Positions 24,071 through 36,600 of a DNA stretch of 64,000 bases are shown here, in pieces. Numbering within the stretch: the first letter of the stretch is position 1; the number at the start of each line of letters is the position of its first letter. The translations under genes and the position numbers were made by a program. The stretch spans positions 4,081,227-4,145,226 of the forward strand of contig CM082579.2 of the NCBI GenBank assembly GCA_040954595.2. Direction: 5' to 3'. The notes under the pieces are model-generated. The model searched no databases. It had not been told where the DNA came from and was given only the letters and a program-made list of their open reading frames with translations. The stretch is from Balanoglossus misakiensis (taxonomy: Eukaryota; Animalia; Hemichordata).

Positions 24071-27000
24071 ATGGACAAGATTTTGCAGGGCATTGCTGAC
24101 TCGCAGCACCCGGAGAACGTGAAACGGGTTCTGTTTCAGAGATTTGCAGCCTCGGCCAGTCAGCCTGTTGGCCCAGCAATATGTCAGTCCATCCTCACTT
24201 TGTCGGCAGAGTGGATTCTTCAAGGGGAGTCGGAGTTCCTTCAGGAGATGGGCAAGCAGGTGTTCCAAGCCTGGGCCCGGCGTAACCTGACCACCTTTGA
24301 AGAGTTCTTCCAGCACAGCTACCTGGTCAACGTGATCTCCGGAGCGGTTCTGAACCCCAGGCCCACCGTCGAGTTCATTCACGACTGCGTGAAGCTGCTG
24401 CGTGACCCCTCGTCGGTGTGCAAGGTCATACAGACGCGCGCCATCAGCCTCGCCCGGGAGTGCCCCCAGCTGGACGTCTGCGCCGCCCTCTGCAGGCTCA
24501 TGGTGGAATTTCCCGACTGCGTACCGGTCGGCGACTTTGCCGTCGTCTACTGCGTGACTCTGATTCAGGCCGTCAGCCTGGTGGAGTTCCCGAACAACGA
24601 GGCGGCGCTGAAGAACCGATTCAAAGACGTGAACGCAGTCGGGGCGTTGCTCTTCAAACTCTGGCACGCAGACGTCAACATCGTGTTACCGTGCCTGAAG
24701 GAAATCTTCACGATACTGACCACCATCAAAACGGAAGGTGGGAATCAGAAAGAGCCGTCTGTTGCACTCGGATGCCTAGCCCAACACGTGCCCGTCGAAA
24801 TGATTGCCCTGGTCACAAAGAACGCCGCTTCAGACCAATCGGTGTTAGACGCCAACATGACCGTGGCACTGACGAGAATGATAGACTGGTTGTCGTGGCC
24901 AGCCGTCAAGAACATCGACAGGTGGATTATAGCATTTCTGAGGAGTTTAGCATCAGTGCAGAAGTTCACCATACTCATCAACGTCACTGTGGCAACAGTG
25001 GAAAAAGTAAGTGTACTTCAGGGTTCAATTTCCAGTATTACTGCCCATGTGGTGTGTGCTTCATCGTGTTGTATAACAGTCTCATTCTCAGGTTGGCTAT
25101 GCAAAAGAATGTCACAAGATACCAGTACATCCATATTCATCCTTTTCATTTCAGGTTTTCTCCAGACTCTGCTATCCAATTGCCAGAAATAGTGCATTAG
25201 CAGTACTGATGCATATGTTGCTTAGTTTCCAACATTCACCTGAAGCCTTTCACAAGGTGAGTTTGTGTACTTCAGTTTTGAAGGATATATTTACCATTTT
25301 ATGATGAGATATGTACGTGGGAATTTGTACATGTCATTCTGGTAATAAGTGTTGGGTATTCTTTCTCCATCTCTATAGGTGGTGAACCATATTCCTGACT
25401 TGGCCAGGCATTTGAAGAAAGAAGATTCCCAGTCCAGTAGAGAGTGTCTGAGTCGTATTGCTGATCTGTTCTATGTGTTGATTCACCATCATGCAGGGTA
25501 TCCAGACCTCTATGAACCTATCCTCCTCGTTTTGTCGGTAAGTAACTCCCAGATCAATCTTTCACTTCTCTTCTGCTCTTCACACTCAAATAAACAGGTG
25601 CTTGCTCTCACATTCACTGTATGCTAAATTAACCAATATTGTTCAATGTGTACCTTTTCATCAGGAATACCCAAGACCCAGTGAAGAGGCAATCAAACAA
25701 ACACTCAAACAGAATGCCTGGACATCCCAGGGGAAAGCCTTGTTCACTTACAATCCAAGGTTTGGTCCCAAATCGGAGACTGGCAAGACAGGACTCGTCA
25801 ATCTTGGCAATACCTGCTACATGAACAGCGTTATACAGGCACTCTTTATGGGAGATGGGTATGTTCAGGGACTAAATTAATGTGCTGCTACTCATTCAAA
25901 AATGTTAGGTGTAAATATTTTGCATCTTTTGTCAAGCACTGCTTCAATGCCATGTCAACTTGTTTATTCCTTTTCAGATTTCGTCGGGAATTAATGACGT
26001 ACTCTGGCAAAGTACAACAGAGTCTTGTACCAACCCTGCGCAAGGTCTTTGCTTTCCTCATGCACACTCAGGTATGTTGATTAGATAATGAAATTTACTC
26101 AACTTTGCAACTAGATATTGCCAGCTAAGGAATCTCAAAGCATACCAAAAAACTATGTGGATACTCATGCATTTTTCACACTTTCATATATTTGCAGAGA
26201 CCAGCCTACTCACCAACAGATCTACTCAACGTGGCCAAGCCGCCGTGGTTTGCCCAGGGAGCTCAGCAAGACTGCTCAGAATTCCTGAAACACCTGTTGG
26301 ACAGGCTCAGCGAGGAAGACAAGGAGAACATCAAGTTTGAGGAGAAGTTGAGCCGTGCCAAGGAGAGGCTGCAGAGACTCAAGAACGGCAAGGATGGAGT
26401 CTGTCGGCCCGAGCCGTCGTGCGGCGATCAAGTGGTGCCGGAGATGGTCGAGCATACAGAGAAACCAGACATGGACGCTGTTGTGCCGTGCTGCGACGAG
26501 TATGCTGCCGACCAGGAGGCGAGCTCCGCTGGCTGCCACGAGGGAGGCGCAACGGGCGACAGCAGCCCGGACGCCGTGAGGACCGTCGTCGAGCGCTACT
26601 TCTGCGGCAAGTCGGTGACGATCGCCCGGTGTTTGAACTGCGGTCTGGTGTCGACCAGGGAGGAGTCGTTCACCGACCTGAACCTGGCGTTTCCCGAGAA
26701 GCCCCAAGCCGGCGGCAGCGCGAACGGGCACCCGGACAACAACTGCATGAAAGGCGGCACGGATGATAACCACGCTCAGCCGAAAGACGACGGGAAGAGC
26801 GGCGCTGGAGAGACGGAGAACGACAAGCCACGGAAACCCTCTGTGGAAGAGATGGAGGTGCAGCAGTCTGCGTCTGGCGACAGAGATGTTGTCGTGTCGG
26901 AGGAGCAGAAAGAAAATGTGAAACTAGAGGATTTAATCGATCACTTTCTTGCTCCGGAAATCCTGGAAGGAGAGAACCAATACTACTGTGAGAAATGCCA

Positions 27001-27933
27001 AAGCCTTCAGAACGCCGAGCGATACCTGGAAATTAAATCCCCTCCGCAATTCTTGATCTTGACTCTTCTGCGATTTTCGTACGACGTCAAACTGCACACC
27101 CGAGCGAAGCTCTTAACGGACGTGAAATACCCGAAGTTGCTCAAACTGCCCCTGAGAGGAAAGCGGCGCAAAAATGTTGATCCGTTAGCGAGACTGACGC
27201 CTGGGATCAGCAGCGACGTGACGAGTCATTCGCCGTCTTTGAAAAGACGGTGTCACTCCAGCGAAGGACTGAACGCTTGCGACCAGAGGGACTTTGTTAC
27301 CTATGCACTGACGGCAGCCATAGTTCACTCGGGGACATCATCTGAGAGCGGGCATTACTACTGCTACGGCAGGCACACGACGCCTGTGAAGTCAGAAGCA
27401 GAGGGCGAAGATGCGGACTATCTGCCCGAACAGTGGTACCTCTTCAACGACAGTCGAGTGTCGTTCTCCTGTTTCAACTCCGTCAGTAATGTCACCAAGC
27501 ATTTTTCCAAGGACACTGTGTATGTGTTGTTTTACAAGAGGATCTCCGATGAACAGGACAGTTACACTGGCATGGAAGCAGCCGACACGGAGCCACCGTT
27601 TGACAGGGACTTGCTCAGTGAGGTCACAAGAGATAATCAATACTATTTACAGGTATGGAGTGGCCATTTGTACATTATTGCATGTGTTTTTTCCTCTGCC
27701 AAATACTAGTCTCAACTTCTTGTTTACAAAATGTCATCTACCTTCCCTGCCCACAGGAACAAGAGCTGGAAGCTCGAACCTTGCATTTACGGACAGCCAG
27801 AGTAAACAGCGGTGCTACCTACAAACCTCGACAATTTGATGATGATGACGACGACAACCAGGGCCCACCCGGCAGCTGCGGTGGATCTGGGACGGGTGGA
27901 TTCAACGTGCCGTCGAACAGATTCATTTTCTGA
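24071..27933 (+). CDS. USP38: Ubiquitin carboxyl-terminal hydrolase 38/35-like (exons 24071-25006, 25155-25256, 25379-25537, 25665-25858, 25978-26071, 26198-27652, 27757-27933)
   Basis: Seven exons join to 3117 nt (1038 aa). Motifs include the N-terminal MDKILQGI, LTRMIDWLSWP, HMLLSFQHSPEAFH, the Cys box KTGLVNLGNTCYMNSVIQALF, QQDCSEFL, the His box HSGTSSESGHYY, WYLFNDSRV and the C-terminal GPPGSCGG...GGFN...RFIF. This is likely the single pro-ortholog of vertebrate USP35 and USP38. Confidence 0.93.
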
Positions 27934-28024
27934 ACTCTCCGGGAGATAGGACATAATAGTGTAGCATGGTGAGTAGAGAGCAGTTGATTCTGAAAAGACT
28001 TGGCAGCTGAATTTGCAGAGACTT

Positions 28025-28103
28025 ACCCATTCACCACCATGGTTTGGTCCAAATCCATTGTTTTCTATGGTAAAATTGGACCTGTACAGACAGAACTGGG
28101 GGT
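28025..28103 (+). mobile_element. Short dispersed repeat (MITE-like), degraded copy in the USP38 3' UTR
   Basis: ttcaccaccatggttt.gtcc.aa.ccattgttttctatggtaa..ttggacct.ta.....gaactggggg aligns with 42673-42757. Confidence 0.75.
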
Positions 28104-29211
28104 TGTTTAACTCGTGTACCTATGTAAGATACAATACACACCTGAGAGTGCCTGCCACAGTGACAGTGTGTGTGTTGTCTTCCATCACATGCAAAGACCA
28201 GCCTTAATTTACCAGTCTTCAACACAGTTAAACACCGACAATAGAAACATTGGCAGTGATGGGCCAAATACGTCAGTGTTCCATACCAGCAAATAGTCGG
28301 GTGTGAAAAGGAAAATCGTTCTAGATATTCCCAAATAATGCTCTGGTGTCTTTTAACTGACAATATGATGTCTATACCATGTGTAGTTCAAAGAAACATT
28401 TTTGAAACATTAGTGCATTTTCCTGTTGTCATGGTTTTCCACTGATTCCAGCAGATTTTATCATTTTAGCTGTTTTCACTACGAGTCCAAATTCTCTGTG
28501 AGAATGTGGAATTAGAATGGATATGATTGCACCTTCATCCATATTCATTTCATGGAAATAGTTGAACAGTTACGGTCAGTCATGCATAACTTCTCATCAG
28601 GGAATAAAAAACCTCAAATGTAATGTTTTTTTGCAGATCTCCTTATTCACAGGAATGGTTAAATAATTAATGTACAGTGTAACAAACAGAGACAATTGAC
28701 CAGTGTGGGATGTAATGGAATACTTTACCATCAGTTAAAATTTCTTATCAGTTTTACTGCTATGTCATCGTGCATTATCACCATGGTATTGTGAACAAAA
28801 TAAAAAAAAATTCTTTGTGTTTTTAATTTTCCTGTAATGCATCTTGGCTTTATGCCTTTGTATTATTTATATTTTATTGTTAGAAATGATTCATGAAAGG
28901 TATAAGAAAGTCACAGATAATTGCTATAAAAGAATGTACACCAAAATTGACTTTTTTGTCTTTGTGGTAATGGTTGTAAAAAATTTCTTCAAAATTCTAT
29001 GTATGCCTCGCTTATTCTTAAATGGTTTGCTTTGTTTCTGTTTTTCCCCACTAGAAGCTTTACAAATGAATAAACGTATTGGAAAATTACGAACATGGCA
29101 TGTGTTTTCGTGGGTTTATTTTTTTAAAGTCAACTTTGGACATGTTCTTGTTTTTTGACAGAGCAGTCTGGTGATGAGCGTGATCTATAACCACTACTTG
29201 GTTTCTTTGAA

Positions 29212-29229
29212 TGGCGCCACCTAGAGACA
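29212..29229 (-). promoter_or_regulatory. CTCF-like motif just past the USP38 3' end
   Basis: The minus strand reads TGTCTCTAGGTGGCGCCA, close to the CCASYAGRKGGCRS consensus. Confidence 0.45.
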
Positions 29230-29786
29230 ACATTGCTGAGATGTACGACGCCCTCTTTTTTCTCTCACATCTCAAAATATAATCCCATTTTCTCATAACG
29301 TTATCAATCCAGCTTTGCTAGAAATTTGAAGAGTATTAAGCGACAAAGGGGGGAAGTCCATATGTAACTTTTCATGTGTACAATAGCGTCTCTTCGTCTC
29401 TTGAATATCTGTTATTAGCACTTAATATTAATGAGTCTACACGTGATAAAACTATAAATAAACCAAAATATAATTACCTAGTGATGCAGATTACTGCGGT
29501 ATTCCACAATATTTGCTGTGATTATGTTCGTTGCCTGAAATGAAAAGTTTCCAAATGTTATTACGTATTCAATAATTTACAGGCAAATTGTGAGGTTTCT
29601 GCTTGTAGGCGTATAAGCACGGACAGAAGAAACTGTCTATAGCAAGGGATAGAGCCCATAGTTTGGAGTACACGCATAAGTTTCGAAAAAATGTCAGAAA
29701 AATTCGTCATTATAGGCAAGGTTGACTGTTCTTGGAGAATACTGAGAAACTGGACATGCTGTGGAGGCAATAAGTAGCATGTGTCT

Positions 29787-29847
29787 GTAACCATGACAAC
29801 AGCCAGTCTCTTGTGAAAGTCGTCAAAGAGTCGACCTCTCTCAACAG
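29787..29847 (+). promoter_or_regulatory. RFX X-box followed by a strong splice donor (candidate first exon)
   Basis: GTAACCATGACAAC at 29787-29800 and CAG|GTAAGC at 29847/29848. Confidence 0.4.
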
Positions 29848-30452
29848 GTAAGCTGATATTAAAAAGGCAGATCGTGTTTGCGCTGGCCCTGTTCTGCGTG
29901 AGATTGAAAACAATCAGACGTGATGAAAAAAATCCAAGTAATTTTCCCTCAGAGCCATTATCGCCAACGCATTTGAAATAAAACATAAGAACTATGCAGT
30001 TGAATGGGTAAAACAAATGTGAAATGAGAGTGAAATATAAAAATAATTTAATAGATTTGGATTCATAATTTCACCAATTAATCTTTACATCAATGAGGGA
30101 AATAACGGCAGAAATAGTAATTACATGGTTCTATGGGCTGTGTTTACAGTGGAAATCATCAGCATGTGATAGGAATAGTTAAATACATCTTTCATAATGT
30201 AGCTTTATCGGTTTGTTAGTCTCAGAAGTTGATTAATAATCCAGGGGATTCCGAGGTCATTTGCAGTTCATACAGTCATTCATCACTTGAAGCATTAAAC
30301 AGAAAACATAGAGGGCACTATGTGGCCAAGAAATCATGGGGTCGGTTGCACACAGATATTTTCTTGTCAGACCCTATGATCAGTGGGAGCATGAAGAACA
30401 AGGAAAAAACTGATGATGTACTCTATATTTCTGAGAATCATTTTCTGTGTAC

Positions 30453-30912
30453 TTAAAGGCACTATTTCGATGATTACCTTAATTTCATAATTCAGAAATT
30501 ATCATAATTCTCCAATAGACTGTCTACTGAAACAACTAATGAACCTTTCCAATCTTCAGGGGCATACTGAAAGACTACTTGAATTCTGAATTGGTATTCA
30601 ATCTCCTTGGATTGGGTTATAATCCAGCTGAGCTCAGTGCTTTGCAGTGATGGCCACAGTATAATTTTTATTAAAGACAATCAGACCTACAGGGCATGTA
30701 TTCCATCTGTCAGGCTTGTGCAAGTATCGATCTGAAAAAGTCACCCTTCTGAATTCCAATGTGTAAAAAAATGGGGATGGCAGGAGAATCCTGAGGGGAA
30801 AAGTGAAGGATTTGAGAGATAGAAATATAGGCAGCCTTGCTTACATTTCTATCAGATTAATTTTTGACAGTGCATATACACAATAAAAATTAAAAAGAGC
30901 TGGGGCCTTTAA
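30453..30912. mobile_element. Possible degraded TTAA-flanked non-autonomous element (Kolobok-like)
   Basis: ttaaaggc at 30453 and gcctttaa at 30905-30912 form inverted ends. Only 8 bp support the call. Confidence 0.3.
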
Positions 30913-33900
30913 AAAATCAATTACAATCAGTGAGATATGTGGTCGTTAATTGCTGATATATTTAATTGCTAATTAAATCTAGAAACTAAGGCAAGCTTTG
31001 AAACCTGTACAAATTATTTCTTTTTCATTATGTGTGGCGCAGGCTTGCAATGGAAGTGTGTAAAACTTGAGCAGAGTACAGTACATCTTTGTTGCTATTG
31101 CGACAATGGTTTCAATAGAAGTGTGTGTTTATGTCGTGTTGATGAACTGATTCTGATACAACTGCATGTTTGCCGGTCTGTGCGGACAAGATATCGGATT
31201 AAACTTCCGTTGTATTGTGTACCGTTCCCGGTCAATGCGAAATCGCACAGTGAAATAAAAAATGAATGTGATATAGTTGACGAGTAGACAGGAAGAAACA
31301 GTTTTGTGGCATCGAGTGTATACCCAGCATCTGTGAAAACCAGTTTCCCACCCTTTCAATTGATTGTGTGCCTCCAAGCATCACACAGATTGTGTGTTAA
31401 TTGACCACTCTGGTATTCAAGAGTCTAGCGTTAGGTTTCATCACAAGAATGATTCTGCTTCTCAGTAGTGATGGAGGAGATCAAGGTTGGTGATAGTATG
31501 TGTAATTCTAAAAAAATGAGATCCATTTTCTGATTTTGAGTTAAAAAATACATTTTCCATTATGATACAAAAAATCTTACCAAGCATGCGTTTGTTAATT
31601 ATCTGTCTTATCTAATTTAAATACCAAAAGGAGCATTTAAGACCATTGTTCGGCAATAAAGTTCCTTGTCTAGTTATAACTGTACATTGAAGCATGGCAC
31701 AATGAAATGGAAAATCACAAATGAAAACGGACTGCCCAAGGCCAGTGGAAAACAGGCGTTGAACTGAAAAATCTGCATTTGCATGTGAAAAAAGTGACGA
31801 CACGTTGCGTTTGAATTTATCACAATGGAAAATTGCATTGGTATTTATGATGGCCCTGCAGGGGAAAGAATACCACTTCAATAACTGGGATGAAATAAAA
31901 ATGATCATAAATCATGCACATTCTGTCAAATGATTGCCAAATCTAATATTTTTATGTGTGCGGCAAGTAAGTTTTGCTGCTTTAATTGAGTTTTGAGTGT
32001 AATTGATGGCTATTATGAGGTGGAGAGGAAGCTGACTGCACGCTATGACAGAAATTATTTCACCAAGGATTTTATGATTATATTATATTATATGAATTTC
32101 TTTTCCCCGCGATTCAAATTTCCTCACAAGACATCATCGTGAACAAGCCTCTGCAGAGACTGGGACTCTTCCAGAGATGATTCTCTGACATCCTGATGAT
32201 GGAAAATTGTCTGCGTTTTTGCAAAGTCCTGGGAATCCAGGCCTCGTTTATCTGCCATTTCATTGTGCAACAGCCTGATCTGTATGGCAGAGCATTATTA
32301 TAGCCACATGTGTCATCATGCACAGATGCAGGCAAGCAGATTCCAAGGCCACTTAATTATCAGTTTGTGTTTTTTTAATCAAACAGACATGAGTCAAGAC
32401 ACGATTCCAGCAAGAATGATAATTTGGAGGATATGTAGTTTTTTGTTGGTTACAGTACCTAAAAATAGTATAAACTTGTAAATCAACAAGTGTTGCTGTA
32501 TAAATAAAATATAAGAGAGCTTCATTTTGAACGAAAGTCGAGGTTTTAAAAAAAAGGTGTAATCAAATACAATTCATATCCAGATGCATGGTCAAATCCA
32601 ATTCACAGCGGGATCATTTCTTAAAAGTATACAATAAATCAAACATTCCCATGGATACGTGTTTCAGGGATAATGTTGCATCAGAGAACCAGGAAATGTT
32701 TGGAAGTGATACCTGGATACAAACCAATTTGTGTTCCCGGTGCTACACATTACGCTGCATTAGCTTTTGAAATTGGTCCGTAAATAAACCATTGTGAAAA
32801 CTGCCTAAACTTATTAGTATCAAGAGGAGAGACCTTGGGTCAGACAGAAACCTCCTGCATTGCTGTCGGCCCGTGTTAAATCATGCACAGCGGAAGGTGA
32901 CCATGCAACTGCTATTTGACGTGTCAAATTTCCTGGAACCAAACACTTTTTTTTTCAAGGCTAGACAAAATTATGTAATTCAATATGTGATACTTTGCAA
33001 ATATCTACGTCAATAATCCTCGTTTATTTTGACCAACTGGCTGGACAAGAATGAGAAGTCATATTTTTCTGTTTATGCACCACCTGAGTAATACGACCGG
33101 CATGTTTCATTCATCAAACCCTGGACAGGCATCATGTTGCGCTGACAGAATTTATCTCTGCAAACAAAAAAACTGATTTTTTTTTGTCAATTGTAGATAT
33201 GCTCATCACTGCAAAAGTCTGTTCCAACCAACATGTTATGATGCAAATTATAAGCATTTCAGTATAAAAGCACAAATTACGCGATCTGTTTACGCCATTG
33301 GAAAGGCCCGGATTTTTACGATGACATTTTCCCAGAGTAAATAATTGAATGACATGAGCAACCAGGGGGAAAATGTGCAACGTTTTTTGCTGAATTACCA
33401 TGGTAACTATCTGCTGTTACACAATCATCACAATTTACATTACATTAAAGGCAGGCCTGGGATGTTTCGTCTTTCGACAAAAATTGAGCTGGCAACAAAT
33501 CATAGGGTTCCCTATCCTAAATGTGTCTCCATGGCAACCATTGGAATATTACCTCAATCCATTGAAACAGGCTTGTATTGTTCATCCGAGAGGCTTTCTT
33601 TCTGATGCGAGTGAAAACGGAACATGTGTTCTCAATGGGCTTCTTTCAAACACAAATCAGGGATACTTCATGCTCCGAAAAACGTGCTTTCAAACGAACA
33701 ACACGGTCGCTATTCGCATGATATAAGTGCTACAGTACTTTTCATTTCAGCAGAACCTTGAAATCAAAGAGTGGCATTGACAAAGAGCTGCCTAGATTCA
33801 TGAATCTTCCTTTTCATTCAAATTGGGTTTAGAAAAAAAAATGGAAGATCGTGCTTTGACGGTGAAAATCAGGGAATAATAGGTTAGCTGCAAAGGAACA

Positions 33901-36463
33901 AAAAGTCAGATGGCATATGTAACAGAGCCTTTAGGGGTGTTTATTATGCCACTGTGGATGGAAAGATATGCCGAGAAACATTGTGTGTTTTATTCAGGGA
34001 TGTGAGTAAATACAACCATAATCTTTCATAAGAAAGCAGATGATATGTCTGAGTGAATCTTTACCAACCAAACTGAGTGAATTACACAAATAATGCCCAT
34101 CCATTGCTTCGTGATGACATCACACATATGCAAATGAGAGCACCAAAAGTCTGATGACAATCACATGTACCCAAACGAAAGCAACAAAAGATGAAGTCAA
34201 TCAAAAGTGATATAACTGAGGATTATCAAAAATATAAAATTAAAAAAATGAGATCCTGCTAGCTGATACAAGGCCTCTACAGACTGTCTATCATAGAATT
34301 TCATCAAGATTTATGTGTCAAAAGTTGCCCTTCTATAAGATAAGGTTGTGTAAGTTTCTGATAGGCAATATACCTTGATGTCAGAGTTCTTGACATCGGA
34401 GCAATAAGATACTGACAGTGACAGAATTCCATGAATAAAATTTAACTAGATGATTTTCTCAGAAAGTGTTTTGTGTCTATAAATGTTAAAGGGAAACTTT
34501 ACCCCAAATTTTAGAGTTTCTGATTTTTTTTAGAATCCATCTATCCTAGCATCCTACCATCAATTAATATTGGTACATATATAAAAAACACTCTCCAAAC
34601 CAATCTCAACAAATTGATACAGGGATTTTATATCATAAACAAAATGTCTCGGTTATAAATTGAGACAAATTATCTCACTATGCAGATAGTATTTTTTGTT
34701 CAAATCTGATATTTGCAATTTAAATTTCTACAAAAGAAATAAGCTGCAGCAGCTGATGCTGATCATGGTACATCTAAGATAAACAGCGTGAATGTGTCTA
34801 TTGTTAACAAATGAATTTGGCAATTATTTAATTAAACACAGCCAAGCAGTCTGTGAATACACAGCCAATTAATCATTCCAGGGGTAACAATTACAACATG
34901 TTTAAGTTGCGCTTGTAATTGCATTAGGAGAATATTATTACTGTAACAAGAAAAATACTCGGGTACAGTACACTGTTTAGGAAATACGAAATCTCTGGAG
35001 ATATCTCACAGATCAGTGGATTTTCTGGAAATCCTGAAAAAAAAATCCAACAGAAAATGGCTTTTAATGACTGATGAGAACCTGTAAAACTTACATGGAA
35101 ACCGTGTATTTCAATCGCTAATGCAGTCACAGATGAGATCGAGGTACGTGTTACCATTGCAACATTGCACATTACGGAGAAAAAATCTGGAAAGTGCATT
35201 TAGCGTGACGTATTCAATCGTGTTCATTCGTGCCTTTGTTTTCAAGTTCCCCTGACAACACAGTCAATTCAGTTCTAATTCTGAGCATTCTGTGAGGAAA
35301 AGGCACAAAAAACACCACTGACAATTACGTTTTATGAAAGTCAGAATTTAATAATGCCAAAAGGTATATTAAAACACTTATAAAGTGCTGGATCTCATCT
35401 CATCACAGAATCAATTTCAGTTTCTTTTGAAATGCAATTTTTTTAACGCACACTGAGGCTCATTGGGTACTGTAAATTTATGCATGGCTTTTATAGCCTA
35501 GCTCATATTGCAGTTTCGGAAAATCTTTGATATATGGCTCTGCGAGGCTGCTTTGGGCAATAATTTATCAGCATGATTCATCCAGAATGATGTTTCAATG
35601 AGAAATTTCCGTGACAGTCAGTGAAATGTTCTGTGAAACCCAGAAACCCACATTTATTGAGGATCCATGATCATATACGGCGGTAAATTCATTTGATGGA
35701 TAGCACGTTCTGTAGATAATAGCAGGGGTAACAGTTGGGAGTTGTCTTTTCTTAAAACTCCCAACAGTAAAATACAAACAGGCAGAATTATTTTGAAATA
35801 ACAGACTCACTTGTTTTTCAAATTTTATTGCATTTTAACTGTTACCCCACACTAAAATTGAGACATTTGCAGACGTATCCAAAATGCCAAACGGATTCAA
35901 AAGTGGACATAAAATGAAAGGCTTTGTCAGTATCCATGGTAACGGTGATGTCACATTCACCAGGAAATTTTCTAAGTGTTGGCTCTGCTCTTACAATTAT
36001 CTGGGGAAAAGAACTATGATCCAGAAACTGAAAAATCAGAATTTACCTTTGGCAAAGTAAGGAGCATGTCGCTTTTATTCTGTGAGTGACGTACCATTTC
36101 CTTGTTCCCAAACTCTGACATTTGCTAATCTCTGATTTTCTTGGAGGCAAAACAGAGACTGCAGGTAAATTATTGAATTTCTCTAAGTTCACCCAGTCAC
36201 TTCCTCAGCTGCTGCGTATAATAAGCCACAACAACTGACAAGATCTCGAACCATGTCAAAAAGTTGCACATTTGATATTTTCAGTACTGAGTGCATTATA
36301 GTGACCCCCTTCCCTCTTGCTGGTGACGCAAATGCTGAATCCGTAATACATCTGAGTCAAAAATTAGCCGAGCTCAGCTGGGCAAGCTTGTAGCACAGTC
36401 CCTTTGTGGATCGAGGGACCATGCTTATAGTAGCTATACACATTGCCAAGCTGTCTCTATGAA

Positions 36464-36600
36464 CTGCTAGGGGGCATCAGTGTACAACAGAGAATAATAG
36501 GCCAACTAGAAAATGTGAAAGAGTCAAAATTTGACTCTGCTTTGTTCTCTGCTAGGGGGCATCAGTGCTAAGCACAGAACCAGCCAAGGGATGTGAAAGA
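36464..36600 (+). repeat. Old tandem duplication of about 85 bp carrying two identical CTCF-like motifs
   Basis: ctgctagggggcatcagtg occurs at 36464-36482 and 36549-36567, each followed downstream by atgtgaaaga. Confidence 0.7.

Noticed and set aside
24029-27640. Long antisense and alternative-frame ORFs overlapping USP38 (e.g. 24029-24667, 24418-25200, 26276-26773)
   Set aside because: These are shadows of GC3-rich codon usage in the real exons and have no recognisable domains.
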